Under the pieces are notes generated by a model. That model saw nothing but the letters and a program-made list of their open reading frames with translations, was not told the origin of the DNA and did not search any database. DNA of 39,942 nt from Candidatus Thorarchaeota archaeon (GTDB lineage: Archaea; Asgardarchaeota; Thorarchaeia; Thorarchaeales; Thorarchaeaceae). Below are positions 10,197-20,566 of this stretch, piece after piece. The position numbers and the translations under genes were made by a program. Where the stretch lies: assembly GCA_029855935.1 (NCBI GenBank), contig JAGSHN010000006.1, positions 1-39,942 of the forward strand. Reading direction: 5' to 3'. The stretch's first letter is position 1. Each line of letters starts with the position of its first letter.

Positions 10197-11393
10197 ATGA
10201 ATATGAAACGCGATCCAATTGGCTGGATGAGGGTCGAGTACCAGAAACTGGTCGAGCAGAATCTCGACTGGAAGATTCGTGTTCTGCAGGGGCCGAGCAC
10301 CCCCATTGCGAAAGTTGATGGTGTGGATGTATTGATGCTCTGCACCAACAACTATCTCAACCTGACGAACCATCCCAGGCTCAAGGAGGCCGCCATCAAG
10401 GCCATTGAGAAGTACGGTACTGGCAGTGGCTCTGTTCGTGCCATCGCTGGTACGATGGACATCCACGTTGAGCTGGAACGAAGACTGGCGAAGTTCAAGG
10501 GTGCCGAGGCCTCGCTGGCCTATAGCGCAGGATTCACCGCGAACGAGGGCCTGATTCCGCAGCTCGTGCGTAAGGGCGATGCAATCGTCTCCGACGAGCT
10601 CAATCACGGTTCGATAATTGACGGTGTCAGGCTGACAAAGGCCGACCGGTACGTGTACGACCACTGCGACATGGGATCCCTTGAGCGCGTCCTCAATGAG
10701 GCAGAGAAGAAGAACCCCGAGCGAATTCTCATCATCACCGACGGTGTCTTCTCGATGGACGGCGACATTGCACCGCTCGACGAGATTGTCAAGCTCGGAC
10801 AGGAACACGGTGCGATGATCTATGTCGACGATGCCCACGGGGAGGCAGTCCTCGGAAAGGGCGGTCGCGGGATAGTCTCTCACTTCGGCCTGTCCCACGA
10901 CGAGGTCCACATCGAGATGGGCACCTTCTCCAAGGCCTTCGGTGTGATGGGCGGACATGTCTCCGGCAGTCAGGACATGGTCAACTATGCCTACAACAAG
11001 AGCCGTTCTTGGTTGCTGAGCGCTTCTCATCCGCCTGCCACGGCTGCAGCGTGCATCGCTGCCATCGATGTGCTCGAGACCGAGCCTGAGCACGTCAAGA
11101 CGCTCTGGGAGAACAGAGAATACTTCGTAAAGGGCGTCCAAGAGATGGGATATGACACTGGCAGGAGCCAGACACCCATCGTGCCCGTGATCGTCGGCGA
11201 GAGCTCCAAGGCTGTCGCCCTGAGCGATGGGCTGTACGGAGAGGGAATCCTCGCACTACCCATTGTGTATCCAATGGTGGCCAAGGACGCAGCCCGCATC
11301 CGCAACATCATGAACTCGGGTCTCACGAGAGAGCATCTTGACAGGGCCCTTGACGCCTACGAGAAGGTAGGAAAGAAGCTGGGGCTCATCTAG
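10197..11393 (+). CDS. kbl: PLP-dependent alpha-oxoamine synthase (glycine C-acetyltransferase / 8-amino-7-oxononanoate synthase)
   Basis: Motifs TNNYLNL, DELNHGSIIDG, DGVFSMDGD, DDAHGE and the PLP lysine in GTFSKAFG. Kbl versus BioF cannot be resolved by eye. GGTGA SD and TATA-like ATAAATA near 10131. Confidence 0.85.
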   Translation: MNMKRDPIGWMRVEYQKLVEQNLDWKIRVLQGPSTPIAKVDGVDVLMLCTNNYLNLTNHPRLKEAAIKAIEKYGTGSGSVRAIAGTMDIHVELERRLAKFKGAEASLAYSAGFTANEGLIPQLVRKGDAIVSDELNHGSIIDGVRLTKADRYVYDHCDMGSLERVLNEAEKKNPERILIITDGVFSMDGDIAPLDEIVKLGQEHGAMIYVDDAHGEAVLGKGGRGIVSHFGLSHDEVHIEMGTFSKAFGVMGGHVSGSQDMVNYAYNKSRSWLLSASHPPATAAACIAAIDVLETEPEHVKTLWENREYFVKGVQEMGYDTGRSQTPIVPVIVGESSKAVALSDGLYGEGILALPIVYPMVAKDAARIRNIMNSGLTREHLDRALDAYEKVGKKLGLI

Positions 11394-11418
11394 TAGTGAG
11401 TAGTAGACTCAAGAGAGC

Positions 11419-11460
11419 GGGGAACGCCCATCTGGGTGTTCTCCCATTCTGACTTTTGTC
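11419..11460 (+). terminator. Hairpin plus U-rich tail after kbl
   Basis: GGGGAACGCCC-ATCT-GGGTGTTCTCC stem with G-U pairs, followed by TGACTTTTGTC. Confidence 0.5.
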
Positions 11461-11614
11461 TTCATTGTGCTCTGGGTTGCGCACATCTACTCTGAACAGA
11501 GATCTTGCCATCCCACCGCGCAGGAACGCTCCTATGTGACGCATGTGCGAAGCCGCATCCTCTACACCGGGACTACTGTTGACACTTATCTACACATCTG
11601 CGGTATCTGGGGGT

Positions 11615-11839
11615 ATGACAGAACATCAGGACATGGCAAGTGTGCTGAGAGAGGCCGCCGAACGCAACACCAGGCTGAGATTCTTCTGCACAAACATGTC
11701 AATAATGGCCGAGGGAAGAGTGGCCTATGTCACCGAGGGAATCGTGGCACTCTACCATCGGGACGAAGAGGAGCCCGACGAGTTCCTGCGCCTCAACCAG
11801 ATAGTGAAGGTGCAGAAGCTCACCGAGCCGAGGTACTAG
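11615..11839 (+). CDS. Small (74 aa) hypothetical protein, possibly Sm/Hfq/SH3-like barrel
   Basis: An N-terminal helix followed by beta-strand-like segments (RLRFFC, AEGRVAYV, IVALYH, EFLRLNQIVKVQ). Host-like codons. Confidence 0.55.
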   Translation: MTEHQDMASVLREAAERNTRLRFFCTNMSIMAEGRVAYVTEGIVALYHRDEEEPDEFLRLNQIVKVQKLTEPRY

Positions 11840-11871
11840 ACCCGCAGGTTGTGGCAGCCGACTATCGTCGC

Positions 11872-13050
11872 TCAGTGACCGGGACCGATCGGCGTCAACG
11901 GGTATGTGCCCCACACAAGCAGGATGTAGAGCATCATCACAAAGACCGCTATCATAGCTACCGACTCGAGAACGTTGACCTTCGCATCATCTGTTATCGT
12001 CACTCGCAGAATGGACAGTGACGGGAACGCGAAGACCAAGAGTACGACTGAGAAGAGGTCGATTGGGAGAACTTGGGTGACTCCGAACACAAGCGCCACG
12101 ATCCCGCTGACTATCAGTGTATATCCGAAAATGACGAAGAAGACCTGCACAATGCCGCCAAAGGCGTTTGACAGAGCGACCTCAATCCTCTCCTTTCGGT
12201 GACTGCTGGCCACAATCACGTACTCAGGGGCTCCACCGAACAGGACAAGGAGCAGTGCGGCGTGGATGAAGTTGAGGTGCTGTACCTCTGTTGCCCACTC
12301 TGCGAAGCCGGCAAGCGCCTCTCCACCAATCAGCGCCCCAGCGGCGGCAACCAGCAGGGTCAGCGCAAGAGTCTTGGACGACATCCTGTGCTCCGGCACG
12401 TGACAGACCATACCCTCGTCAGAGGAGTCCGGCTCACATTTCCCGTAGTACTTTGTTATCCTGTAGAGGTAGGTGATGAAGACAGCCACAAGACAGAGCC
12501 CGAACATGATGAGCTCACCGGCATCGAGGCTCTGCGGCAGGACGGGGTTCGCTAGTGAGAAGACAAACAGCATCAGCATAGAGAGTCCCACTGAGAGACT
12601 GATGACGGCGCCCATAGCCAGGAGGTCGGAACCGACCCACGTGATGGCATCAGGCAACGTGAAGTTCCCCCGCTCGTCCTTTGGCAGTGCAAGTGTGTAC
12701 ACCGCGAAAACGAGAGAGTTCATGAATATGGTCGCCAGAGCGAGCACCCACGCCATCTCGAACTGGTGCGCCAGCAGTAGAAAGGTCAGGACAGAGAGCT
12801 CGGGAATCGTGCTTGCAAGACTGGCATAGATACCTGACACGTAGTCGGTGAGGTTCTTGTTCTGAGATATACCCTCTACAGAGATCACAAAGGCCTCGCT
12901 TGCACCAGCAATTACCATCACACCAGCCACAAGGTCGATGACACGCAGAACAGCGACAGGAAAGGCTGAAACGAATGTCTCGACACCCATCACAGCAAAC
13001 ACTACGGCAACGCCAATGACGTAGGACACCTGCCATGTCGCAGGACGCAT
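11872..13050 (-). CDS. Ca2+:cation antiporter (CaCA family, CAX/NCX-like)
   Basis: Two alpha-repeats (ASLASTIPEL...ATIFMNSL and LFGGAPEY...SNAFGG) in an approximately 10-11 TM protein. Confidence 0.85.
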   Translation of the reverse strand: MRPATWQVSYVIGVAVVFAVMGVETFVSAFPVAVLRVIDLVAGVMVIAGASEAFVISVEGISQNKNLTDYVSGIYASLASTIPELSVLTFLLLAHQFEMAWVLALATIFMNSLVFAVYTLALPKDERGNFTLPDAITWVGSDLLAMGAVISLSVGLSMLMLFVFSLANPVLPQSLDAGELIMFGLCLVAVFITYLYRITKYYGKCEPDSSDEGMVCHVPEHRMSSKTLALTLLVAAAGALIGGEALAGFAEWATEVQHLNFIHAALLLVLFGGAPEYVIVASSHRKERIEVALSNAFGGIVQVFFVIFGYTLIVSGIVALVFGVTQVLPIDLFSVVLLVFAFPSLSILRVTITDDAKVNVLESVAMIAVFVMMLYILLVWGTYPLTPIGPGH

Positions 13051-13235
13051 TCAATCAGCACCCTCGCGGAGGCCCACCGGGAGGCCAGATAAAGATTGGG
13101 GACGGGGACTCCAATCCCGCGATTGGCCGTTGGGGAGTTGATACAGAGACGTATCTCTTCGCCGCGGGCGCACAACGGGTACTGACGGGAAGCCTCATTA
13201 GTCAAGCCGTTGTCGGGATACGCCGGGCAACACCT

Positions 13236-13760
13236 ATGGTCAACTATCTGAGAGACATTCCGCCCGGTCCGGACCCGCCTCGTGAGATCAACGTCGTCAT
13301 CGAGATGACGCGGGCCTCGAAGAACAAGTATGAGTACGACACCGAGCTGAACGTGTTCAGGCTGGACAGGGTCCTGTACACATTCGCGCCCTTCGACTAT
13401 GGATTCATCCCACGAACACTTGACCACGATGGCGACCCCCTAGACGTGGTCCTGTTCATCAACGAACCGACATTCACGTCGTGCCTCGTTCACGCACGTC
13501 CGATAGGCATCATGGAGATGGACGATAGTGGAAAGATTGACGACAAGATAATCGCAGTTTCCGTGAAGGACCCCTACTACCGCGACGTCAAGACCCTGAT
13601 GGATGTCCCTAGAAGCCTGATGGAGGAGCTGAGACACTTCTATGCAACATACAAGATTCAAGAGGGCGCCCACACGGAGGTGCGCAAGTTTAGGGAGCTG
13701 AAGGACGCCTACGACTCAATCAACAGATGCATCGAGGACTTCGAGAAGGCCAACAGATAG
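13236..13760 (+). CDS. ppa: Family I inorganic pyrophosphatase
   Basis: NKYEYD, LDRVLY, YGFIPRT, the DGDPLD signature and DDKIIAV. The true start is ATG 13236. Confidence 0.95.
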   Translation: MVNYLRDIPPGPDPPREINVVIEMTRASKNKYEYDTELNVFRLDRVLYTFAPFDYGFIPRTLDHDGDPLDVVLFINEPTFTSCLVHARPIGIMEMDDSGKIDDKIIAVSVKDPYYRDVKTLMDVPRSLMEELRHFYATYKIQEGAHTEVRKFRELKDAYDSINRCIEDFEKANR

Positions 13761-13786
13761 AGTTGGTTGCGGCCTGGTGACCATTC

Positions 13787-14809
13787 TCAGAGCACGTAGT
13801 CGAGCAGGGTCTCGACGTCCTCCGTCCGTTGCCGCGAGTACTCTACATACGTGGGATTGATGTCAATGCCGATGTAGTGCCGGCCCAGCTTCCTGGCTAC
13901 CGCAGTTGTGGTCCCGCTCCCAACGAAGGGATCGAGCACCACTCCGTCCGGGGGCGACAGCAACAGAATCAGCTGCGCGACGACAAACTCAGGAAATATC
14001 GCGGGATGACCCACGCCCTTGATCGTCTCAACGGGGCATTCGATGACATCCCTCTTGATGTGCTCCCCGCGGATACGGATGATGGTGAAGCCCTTTCGCT
14101 CCATCTGTATTGCTCTGCCCCCGCTCTGACCGCCAAAGGCCGGCGCGTGAATGCCACGTATCTTCATCCTGAACCCTGCTATCTCTCCCCGCCGCACCTC
14201 ATCAATGACCTGCTCCAACTCCCTTCGCGCCTGCGCCTTCTGCTCCTCGGACAGGTCGCTCCGCTCGATCAGTGACAAGTAGCGTGTGCCGAGCCGCCCG
14301 CCGTTCTTTGCCCGCTTTCGCAGCAAGCCGTGAAGAGCCATATACGCATCAAGGTTGTAGTAGTACTCATCCGATTTGACAAAGTCAAAGAATGGCTCGG
14401 TCGCGCTGACAAGGCGACGCCTGAACTGGCGGGGTGTCGGGTTCATCTTCACCCACGTTATCGTATTGATTAGCCTGACGGGCTGGGACTTGAGAACGGC
14501 CGTGGCGAATCGCCACGGGACCAGCAGGAGTGAGCCGTCCATGTATTTGTCGCCAAGGTTGAAGACTATGTGACCATCCTCCGTGAGGATTCGTACGCAC
14601 TCTGCGAAGACTGAGAGGAGCCGCTCGACATACTCGTCAAGAGAGTCCTCATTGCCAATCGCACCATCGACCCCATAGTCGCGTTGCTGATAGTACGGAG
14701 GTGATGTCAGAACAAGATTGACGCTGCGGTCTGGAATTCTCTGCAGCACAGTCAGACTATCACCGACCACGATACTATCCACAGGAAGGTCTTCAGAGTG
14801 GTTCACCAC
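13787..14809 (-). CDS. Beta-class amino (likely N4-cytosine) DNA methyltransferase
   Basis: Motif IV TSPPY precedes GHPAIFP and motif I DPFVGSGTT. Confidence 0.9.
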   Translation of the reverse strand: MVNHSEDLPVDSIVVGDSLTVLQRIPDRSVNLVLTSPPYYQQRDYGVDGAIGNEDSLDEYVERLLSVFAECVRILTEDGHIVFNLGDKYMDGSLLLVPWRFATAVLKSQPVRLINTITWVKMNPTPRQFRRRLVSATEPFFDFVKSDEYYYNLDAYMALHGLLRKRAKNGGRLGTRYLSLIERSDLSEEQKAQARRELEQVIDEVRRGEIAGFRMKIRGIHAPAFGGQSGGRAIQMERKGFTIIRIRGEHIKRDVIECPVETIKGVGHPAIFPEFVVAQLILLLSPPDGVVLDPFVGSGTTTAVARKLGRHYIGIDINPTYVEYSRQRTEDVETLLDYVL

Positions 14810-14941
14810 TGTCTTGTCCGCCCTACTCTCTGGTGGGCGTCCGTCAAAGACGCGTCACTCATAAGTCATTGCCCCGGGTGGCACTAGAGGGGCAGCCCCA
14901 CATACAGTATGCTTATGTGTGGTAGGCAGATTAGTCTACTT

Positions 14942-16303
14942 ATGTTACCACATTTCGTCGACAGGGAACGCGAACTTGAGTTCCTTGAGTCAATTTATAG
15001 AGAGAGTGGATTCAACCTTGTAGTGCTGTATGGTAGGCGAAGAGTGGGCAAGACAGAGCTGATAAGGAAGTTCATAGAGAAAAAACGCGGCTGCTACGTA
15101 CTCCTGACCAATGAGAGCGTCAGAGAAAACCTGGGGTACGTCAAGGAGGGACTTGCCAAAGCGCTAGGCAAAGACCACTACAGAATCCTTGAAGTCGACA
15201 GCTTCTACCAGTTGTTCAGAGCAGTCGAGTTTGATGAGGACAGAATCATCATCGCACTCGACGAATTCCCCTATCTGCTTGAGCTGAACAGGGGCCTCCT
15301 CTCGACCTTTCAGAAGATCGTCGACGAGATACTGAGTAGAACAAACGTGATGTTGATTCTGTGCGGGTCGTCGATGTCGATGATGGAAAACGAGGTCCTT
15401 GGGTACCGAAGCCCCCTGTACGGAAGACGAGTCAGGGCCTGGAAGGTTCAGCCTTTCACTTTCGACACGGTATACTCAATCATCGGAGACATCGAAGAGG
15501 CCGCCAAGGTCTTTTTCACCTTTGGAAACATACCGTACTACCTGTCATTGTACGACCAACGCACATCGCTCGAGAAAAACATCAGAGAAACAATACTGAC
15601 AAAGGGTGCACCGCTGTATGACGAGCCCCTCATTCTCCTACGGCAGGAGTTCCGCCAAGCAAGGACGTACCAAGTCATTTTGAAGTACATCTCACTGGGA
15701 TATAGGTCATTGGGAAAGCTCTGCTCGGCGACCGGGATGGACAGGAGTAATCTGAGCAAGTACCTCTCGACTCTGATTGAGATGGGAATAGTGGAACACG
15801 TTCTCCCATTCGGAAGACGCCGCGGAGGAATATACGAGATCTCGGACCCCTTCGTCGACTTCTGGTTCCGGTACGTCGCTCCACATCGCAGTGCCCTTGA
15901 GATTGGAGATGTAGACACCGTCTTGGGCGCATTTCGTAGTGACCAAGATAGATACTTCGGCCATAGATTTGAGCGACTCGTGTTAGAATTGCTTGAGAGA
16001 AAGACATTTCCCGAGCTGGCGATGTACGGCGAGTTTTCTAGGTGGTGGCACAAGGGCGAAGAGATTGACATTGTCGGTCGTCGTGGTGACTCTCTCCTCT
16101 TGTGTGAGTGTAAGTGGGGGCAGAGAGTTGACGGAAAAGAGCTTCTCAACAGGCTGAGGGAAAAGGCCTCCTCTCTGCATTGGGACGAGGAGTTGGAATA
16201 CGCGCTGTTTGCAAGATCCTTCACGACTCGGCCTGAAGGTGCCCACGTCTACAGCTTCGGGGAGATCGAGGAGAGACTCTCGGCCGCCGCAAAACACGAT
16301 TGA
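14942..16303 (+). CDS. Archaeal AAA ATPase with wHTH and C-terminal DUF234/PD-(D/E)xK domain
   Basis: FVDRERELE, Walker A GRRRVGKT, Walker B IALDEFPY, CGSS, DPFVDFWFR, and EEIDIV...ECKW. Confidence 0.9.
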   Translation: MLPHFVDRERELEFLESIYRESGFNLVVLYGRRRVGKTELIRKFIEKKRGCYVLLTNESVRENLGYVKEGLAKALGKDHYRILEVDSFYQLFRAVEFDEDRIIIALDEFPYLLELNRGLLSTFQKIVDEILSRTNVMLILCGSSMSMMENEVLGYRSPLYGRRVRAWKVQPFTFDTVYSIIGDIEEAAKVFFTFGNIPYYLSLYDQRTSLEKNIRETILTKGAPLYDEPLILLRQEFRQARTYQVILKYISLGYRSLGKLCSATGMDRSNLSKYLSTLIEMGIVEHVLPFGRRRGGIYEISDPFVDFWFRYVAPHRSALEIGDVDTVLGAFRSDQDRYFGHRFERLVLELLERKTFPELAMYGEFSRWWHKGEEIDIVGRRGDSLLLCECKWGQRVDGKELLNRLREKASSLHWDEELEYALFARSFTTRPEGAHVYSFGEIEERLSAAAKHD

Positions 16304-16388
16304 TGCCGTCAGGTCTGCGGACCAGCGGCCCGGCGCATACCAGAATCATTTTCTGCGTAGAGACCAGTGCTCATTGCAGTGTGGGAGA

Positions 16389-18446
16389 ATGTCTGCTGGT
16401 ACGTGTAGGTCTTTGTCAGGTTCAAGCAGTGTGTGTCTAGTCATCGCAACGACTCTTCTCATCCTGCTAGTTGTCCCCCTATTTGCGCCGCTCATCGTAA
16501 CTCGGGACCCAAGACCCGTCATTGATGGAAATGCCCCGGCTCAACATATCTCATCGCGTATTGCACACAGAAGCCACTTTGCTGCCCAGTCGGATCCCAT
16601 TGAGATCGTTGGAAACGAGGACTTCCTGTTGCAGGGCTGGCCCGGCAACGGTACACCCGAGGACCCCTATGTCATCTCAGACCTCACGTTCTATCCTCAA
16701 GGTTTTGGCATCCGCGTCATCTCCACAGATGTCCACTTCGTAGTCCGCAACTGTACCTTCGCGGTCGGGGACGTCGGGCCCGCAATGGAGGGAATCGAGC
16801 TTGACCACGTTGTCGGAGCAAGGATTGAGAACTGCTCATTCGCAAACATCTGGACCAGCATATCAATTCAGTCCTCTCACAATATCACCATAGAGCAATG
16901 TGTTGTCGAGTCGGGTCTCGATGCGGTGACAGTGAAGGCCTCATACGACATCATTGTCACCAACATAGGCGTAAGTTGGGTGATCGGCCGTGGAGTCACA
17001 TTTGCGTCCTCAAGAGACTGCGAACTGTCGGACTCGTCCTTCGCCTACTGCGACCGTGGCCTCAACCTCGTCGAGAGTACAGACTGCGTCGTCACAGACA
17101 ATGCCTTCATCGGCTGCCAGATCACCATCACCGGGTCGCCCGACGAGTGGTCGCACACAATCATCGGCAACACCGTCGACTCTGAGCCACTAGGCTACTT
17201 CTGGAGACTGCACGACTCTCGGGTTGATGCTCGCGGTTACGGCGCGCTCATTCTCGCTGGGTGCAATAACGTCACAGTGGAGAACGGTGTGTGGTCGGGC
17301 AGGGTGACACCCCTGGTACTGGCATACTCAGTAGGGTGTGTTGTGAGGAACATCACTGCCATCCAGTCAGAGACAGCCGTCCTCCTCACAGCGGTCGAGA
17401 GAACGAGAGTAGAGGACCTCACGCTCTACGGCAACGCCATCGGGCTCCTTGTCAGGGAGTCGCGTGACGTAGTGGTGTCCAACGTGCGTGGCTACGGCAA
17501 TAGCCTGTCTGCACTCTCGGTGAGCCTCTCAAGACGCATTACAGTGTCAGAGATCTTGGCATATCACAACAGTGCCCACGGCGTGGAGGTCTGGGGCTGT
17601 AACGACACGATCGTTTCCGCGTCTATATCGTACGGCAACTCGTTCAGTGGCGTCTATCTCTACCAAGATGACAACGTCACCGTGAGGGACTGCGCCCTGT
17701 ACAACAATCGTGACAGGGGACTCACCATAGACCTGTCGACAGACTGCGGCGCCATCAGATGCTACTCCTACCGAAATCGCGATGGGATTGGGGTCATCCG
17801 CAGCGCTCGCACTCTTGTTGTGCAGAACGATGTTCACACGAACGTTCACAACGGCATCGAGGTCAGAGGCACCTATTATTGCACGATAGCGGCGAACAAC
17901 GTCTCGGACAACAAGGGTCTGGGCGTCTCTGTATCCGTGTCGTCGTTCGTCACAGTGGCCGGGAACATCATTGCCTACAACTCGGGGGGCAATGCCAGAG
18001 ACGATGGCTCCGACAATCAATGGGATGACGGGTACGGTGTCGGAAACCTGTGGTCAGACTACAATGGAACTGCTCCGTATCGTGTGCCAGGAATCGCCGA
18101 ATCGGTCGACCGGTTCCCAAGGGCGACAGATGCAGACGGCGATGGCCTCTCCGACTGGGAGGAGACAAACGTCTATGGTACGAATCCCGACAGTGCCGAC
18201 ACAGATGGTGATGGTGCCAGTGACAGAGATGAGATTATCCACGGCTTTGACCCGACAAACTCGACAGACGGCGCCCTCTATCACTACGCCCTCGATGCGC
18301 TCCTGCTGAGAGCATCTGCAGCTGCTCTCATACTCATTCCGATAGTTGGCCCTCGCCTGCGACGCAGGATCCCGAGCAGGGCGTCAGAGTCACCCGAGGT
18401 CGTCACCGACCCGGCTCCGCCAGAGTCCAATCCTCACAATGAATAG
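16389..18446 (+). CDS. Surface protein with right-handed parallel beta-helix (NosD-like) repeats, DxDGDG Ca-binding repeats and a C-terminal TM anchor
   Basis: Signal/anchor helix, GWPGNGTPEDPYVI, many N-x-x-x-G-I repeats, GNLWSDY, DADGDGLSDWEE...DTDGDGASDRDE, and a C-terminal TM with basic residues. Confidence 0.85.
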   Translation: MSAGTCRSLSGSSSVCLVIATTLLILLVVPLFAPLIVTRDPRPVIDGNAPAQHISSRIAHRSHFAAQSDPIEIVGNEDFLLQGWPGNGTPEDPYVISDLTFYPQGFGIRVISTDVHFVVRNCTFAVGDVGPAMEGIELDHVVGARIENCSFANIWTSISIQSSHNITIEQCVVESGLDAVTVKASYDIIVTNIGVSWVIGRGVTFASSRDCELSDSSFAYCDRGLNLVESTDCVVTDNAFIGCQITITGSPDEWSHTIIGNTVDSEPLGYFWRLHDSRVDARGYGALILAGCNNVTVENGVWSGRVTPLVLAYSVGCVVRNITAIQSETAVLLTAVERTRVEDLTLYGNAIGLLVRESRDVVVSNVRGYGNSLSALSVSLSRRITVSEILAYHNSAHGVEVWGCNDTIVSASISYGNSFSGVYLYQDDNVTVRDCALYNNRDRGLTIDLSTDCGAIRCYSYRNRDGIGVIRSARTLVVQNDVHTNVHNGIEVRGTYYCTIAANNVSDNKGLGVSVSVSSFVTVAGNIIAYNSGGNARDDGSDNQWDDGYGVGNLWSDYNGTAPYRVPGIAESVDRFPRATDADGDGLSDWEETNVYGTNPDSADTDGDGASDRDEIIHGFDPTNSTDGALYHYALDALLLRASAAALILIPIVGPRLRRRIPSRASESPEVVTDPAPPESNPHNE

Positions 18447-18491
18447 ACGTTCCATCACGAGGCGGCCGTACTGAGTACCTGAACACAGAGG

Positions 18492-19931
18492 TCACAACTC
18501 GAGCTTCCACGTCGGACCATCCTTAGTGTCCGAGACCACTATGCCCATCTCCTTGAGGCGATGCCGGATCCTGTCAGCCGTAGCCCAGTCCTTTCTGGCT
18601 CGGGCCTCCTCACGCACCTCAAGAAGGAGAGTGATCAGACCCTCTATCTGTTGCGATGACTCCTCACCACCGGGCTGTCGGCCGCTCCCGGTCATATCGA
18701 GACCGAGGACGCCCAAGACCTCTGCTAGCGTTGCGTAGGCCCGACGTAGCACAGCCGTCTTCTGAGCGTCCTTCGTGTAGGTGTTGACCGCTCTCACAAA
18801 GGAGAATATCTCTGCCAGCGCGCCGGGTGTGTTGAAGTCGTCGTCCATCTCTCTCTGGAAACCCTCGACGAGCTTGTCAATGGCCTCAGCAAGTCTATCG
18901 TCAGCCTCCGTACGCCCACTGCCTCGCTTCTCCAAGATGGCAATCTTGCCTCTCAGTGTGTCGACAGCATTGCGCAGACGCTCCACTGACTGTGTGGCCT
19001 GCTGAAGAGCCTGGGTGTTGTAGTCGAGAGGTTGTCTGTAGTGTCCCGAGACGAGGAACAGGCGCACTGCCTGGTGGTCGAAGTTATCAAGTACCTCTCG
19101 GGCAGTCCTGAAGTTGCCGAGCGACTTGCTCATCTTGTCCGATTCGATTGTGAGAAAGCCGTTGTGAAGCCAGTACTTCACTGGTGTCTCGATGTCGTAT
19201 GCTGCGGACGACTGGGCTATCTCGTTCTCGTGGTGCGGAAAGATGAGGTCCTGTCCCCCGCCATGAATATCGAACGGAAGCCCAAGATAGTAAGCACCCA
19301 TCACCGAGCACTCAGCGTGCCAACCCGGCCTGCCGCGTCCCCACGGACTCTCCCACGACGGCTCGCCCGGCTTCTCGGCCTTCCAGAGGGCAAAGTCTCG
19401 TGGATCGGTCTTCTTCTCATCGACCTCCACTCGCGCGCCAGCAGAGAGCTCGTCGGGCGATATCTTCGAGAGCACACCGTAGTTGGGATGTTCGCTGACG
19501 TCGAAATACACATCACCATCCACCACATAGGCCCTACCGTTCTTGATGATCCTCTCAACCATATCGATGATGTCATCAATGTGCTCCGTGGCCCTCGGAT
19601 TGACCGTTGCAGGCTTGATGTTCAGCTCCTCTGCAATCCTGTAGTATTCGGCGATAAACCTCGCAGCAAGCTCCTGTACTGTTATGCCCTCCTCGTTGGC
19701 CCTGTTGATCATCTTGTCATCGACGTCGGTGAAGTTCGTGATGTATGTCACCCTGTAGCCCCGATACTCCAGATATCTGCGGATGGTATCGAAAACGACG
19801 AAGGACCTTGCGTTGCCGATGTGAGGATAGTCGTACACAGTTGGGCCACAGACGTACATCCTGACGTGGCCCTCCTCAAGCGGCACAAAGTCTTCTTTCG
19901 AACGGGTCAGCGTGTTATAGACTCGTATCAT
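18492..19931 (-). CDS. cysS: Cysteinyl-tRNA synthetase
   Basis: YVCGPTVYDYPHIGNAR, DFALWK, GRPGWHAECS, HGGGQDLIFPHHENE and KMSKSLGN. TTTTTAT box at about 19965-19971 on the minus strand. Confidence 0.97.
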   Translation of the reverse strand: MIRVYNTLTRSKEDFVPLEEGHVRMYVCGPTVYDYPHIGNARSFVVFDTIRRYLEYRGYRVTYITNFTDVDDKMINRANEEGITVQELAARFIAEYYRIAEELNIKPATVNPRATEHIDDIIDMVERIIKNGRAYVVDGDVYFDVSEHPNYGVLSKISPDELSAGARVEVDEKKTDPRDFALWKAEKPGEPSWESPWGRGRPGWHAECSVMGAYYLGLPFDIHGGGQDLIFPHHENEIAQSSAAYDIETPVKYWLHNGFLTIESDKMSKSLGNFRTAREVLDNFDHQAVRLFLVSGHYRQPLDYNTQALQQATQSVERLRNAVDTLRGKIAILEKRGSGRTEADDRLAEAIDKLVEGFQREMDDDFNTPGALAEIFSFVRAVNTYTKDAQKTAVLRRAYATLAEVLGVLGLDMTGSGRQPGGEESSQQIEGLITLLLEVREEARARKDWATADRIRHRLKEMGIVVSDTKDGPTWKLEL

Positions 19932-20140
19932 ACGGACTACCCGCACTGACACCCCTGTGAGTGCATAAAAAGGCGTCTGCAATTATTGCCTGCAACATAA
20001 CGACACACACTACGCATCCGACATTCAATGACTCCCTGAGGCCGCATGTCCATCCTGATGGCATTGATTGTCTGACCTAGACCTCCTCAGTCAACCTTAT
20101 GTGGACGATAACACGAGGGACTCAACGCTGGTGGTATTTG

Positions 20141-20428
20141 ATGAGGATCAAGGCCGTTCTACGTGACAGCGACATTCTGAGCATGACGCCGGGGAGCAGA
20201 GAACGAATAGAGGCCACGGCTCGCAAGAATGTCGGCCGGGTCGTCAATATGAACAGCCTGTTGAAGGTGATGGGGCTGAAGTTCTCAGACAGGCTACAGG
20301 CAATCAAGGTCATTGAGGATCTCGGGCTCAGCATTTGGCTGGCGAACGAGGGGGATCAGCACGTCATCTTCATCAGCGAGGGAGAGGCCCCCGACGAGCC
20401 GGACTTTGTGGGCTATCGCTGGTCGTGA
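20141..20428 (+). CDS. Small hypothetical protein (95 aa)
   Basis: Globular composition, GGTGG upstream, host-like codons. Confidence 0.6.
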   Translation: MRIKAVLRDSDILSMTPGSRERIEATARKNVGRVVNMNSLLKVMGLKFSDRLQAIKVIEDLGLSIWLANEGDQHVIFISEGEAPDEPDFVGYRWS

Positions 20429-20566
20429 GGGCCCATTGCCGATTGCGGCCGGACTCGGGTAGAGCGGTACCGCCACATTGAAGACAGGAGGCCCGCCACC
20501 TATTCTGCGCAATATTGGCCGATATCCTTAAAATCGAACCCGCGGGAAGATGGCTGTGTGAACAGA

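Noticed and set aside
10182-11141. Long antisense ORFs (also 19032-19949, 22245-22907, 28577-29290, 31683-32510)
   Set aside because: These are shadow ORFs opposite well-supported genes, as expected in GC-rich DNA, and they carry no motifs.
13035-13235. N-terminal extensions given by the ORF track (ppa; also 16209, 9211, 19982, 33901)
   Set aside because: Family homology begins at later Mets, and the extensions overlap neighbours or promoter-like sequence.
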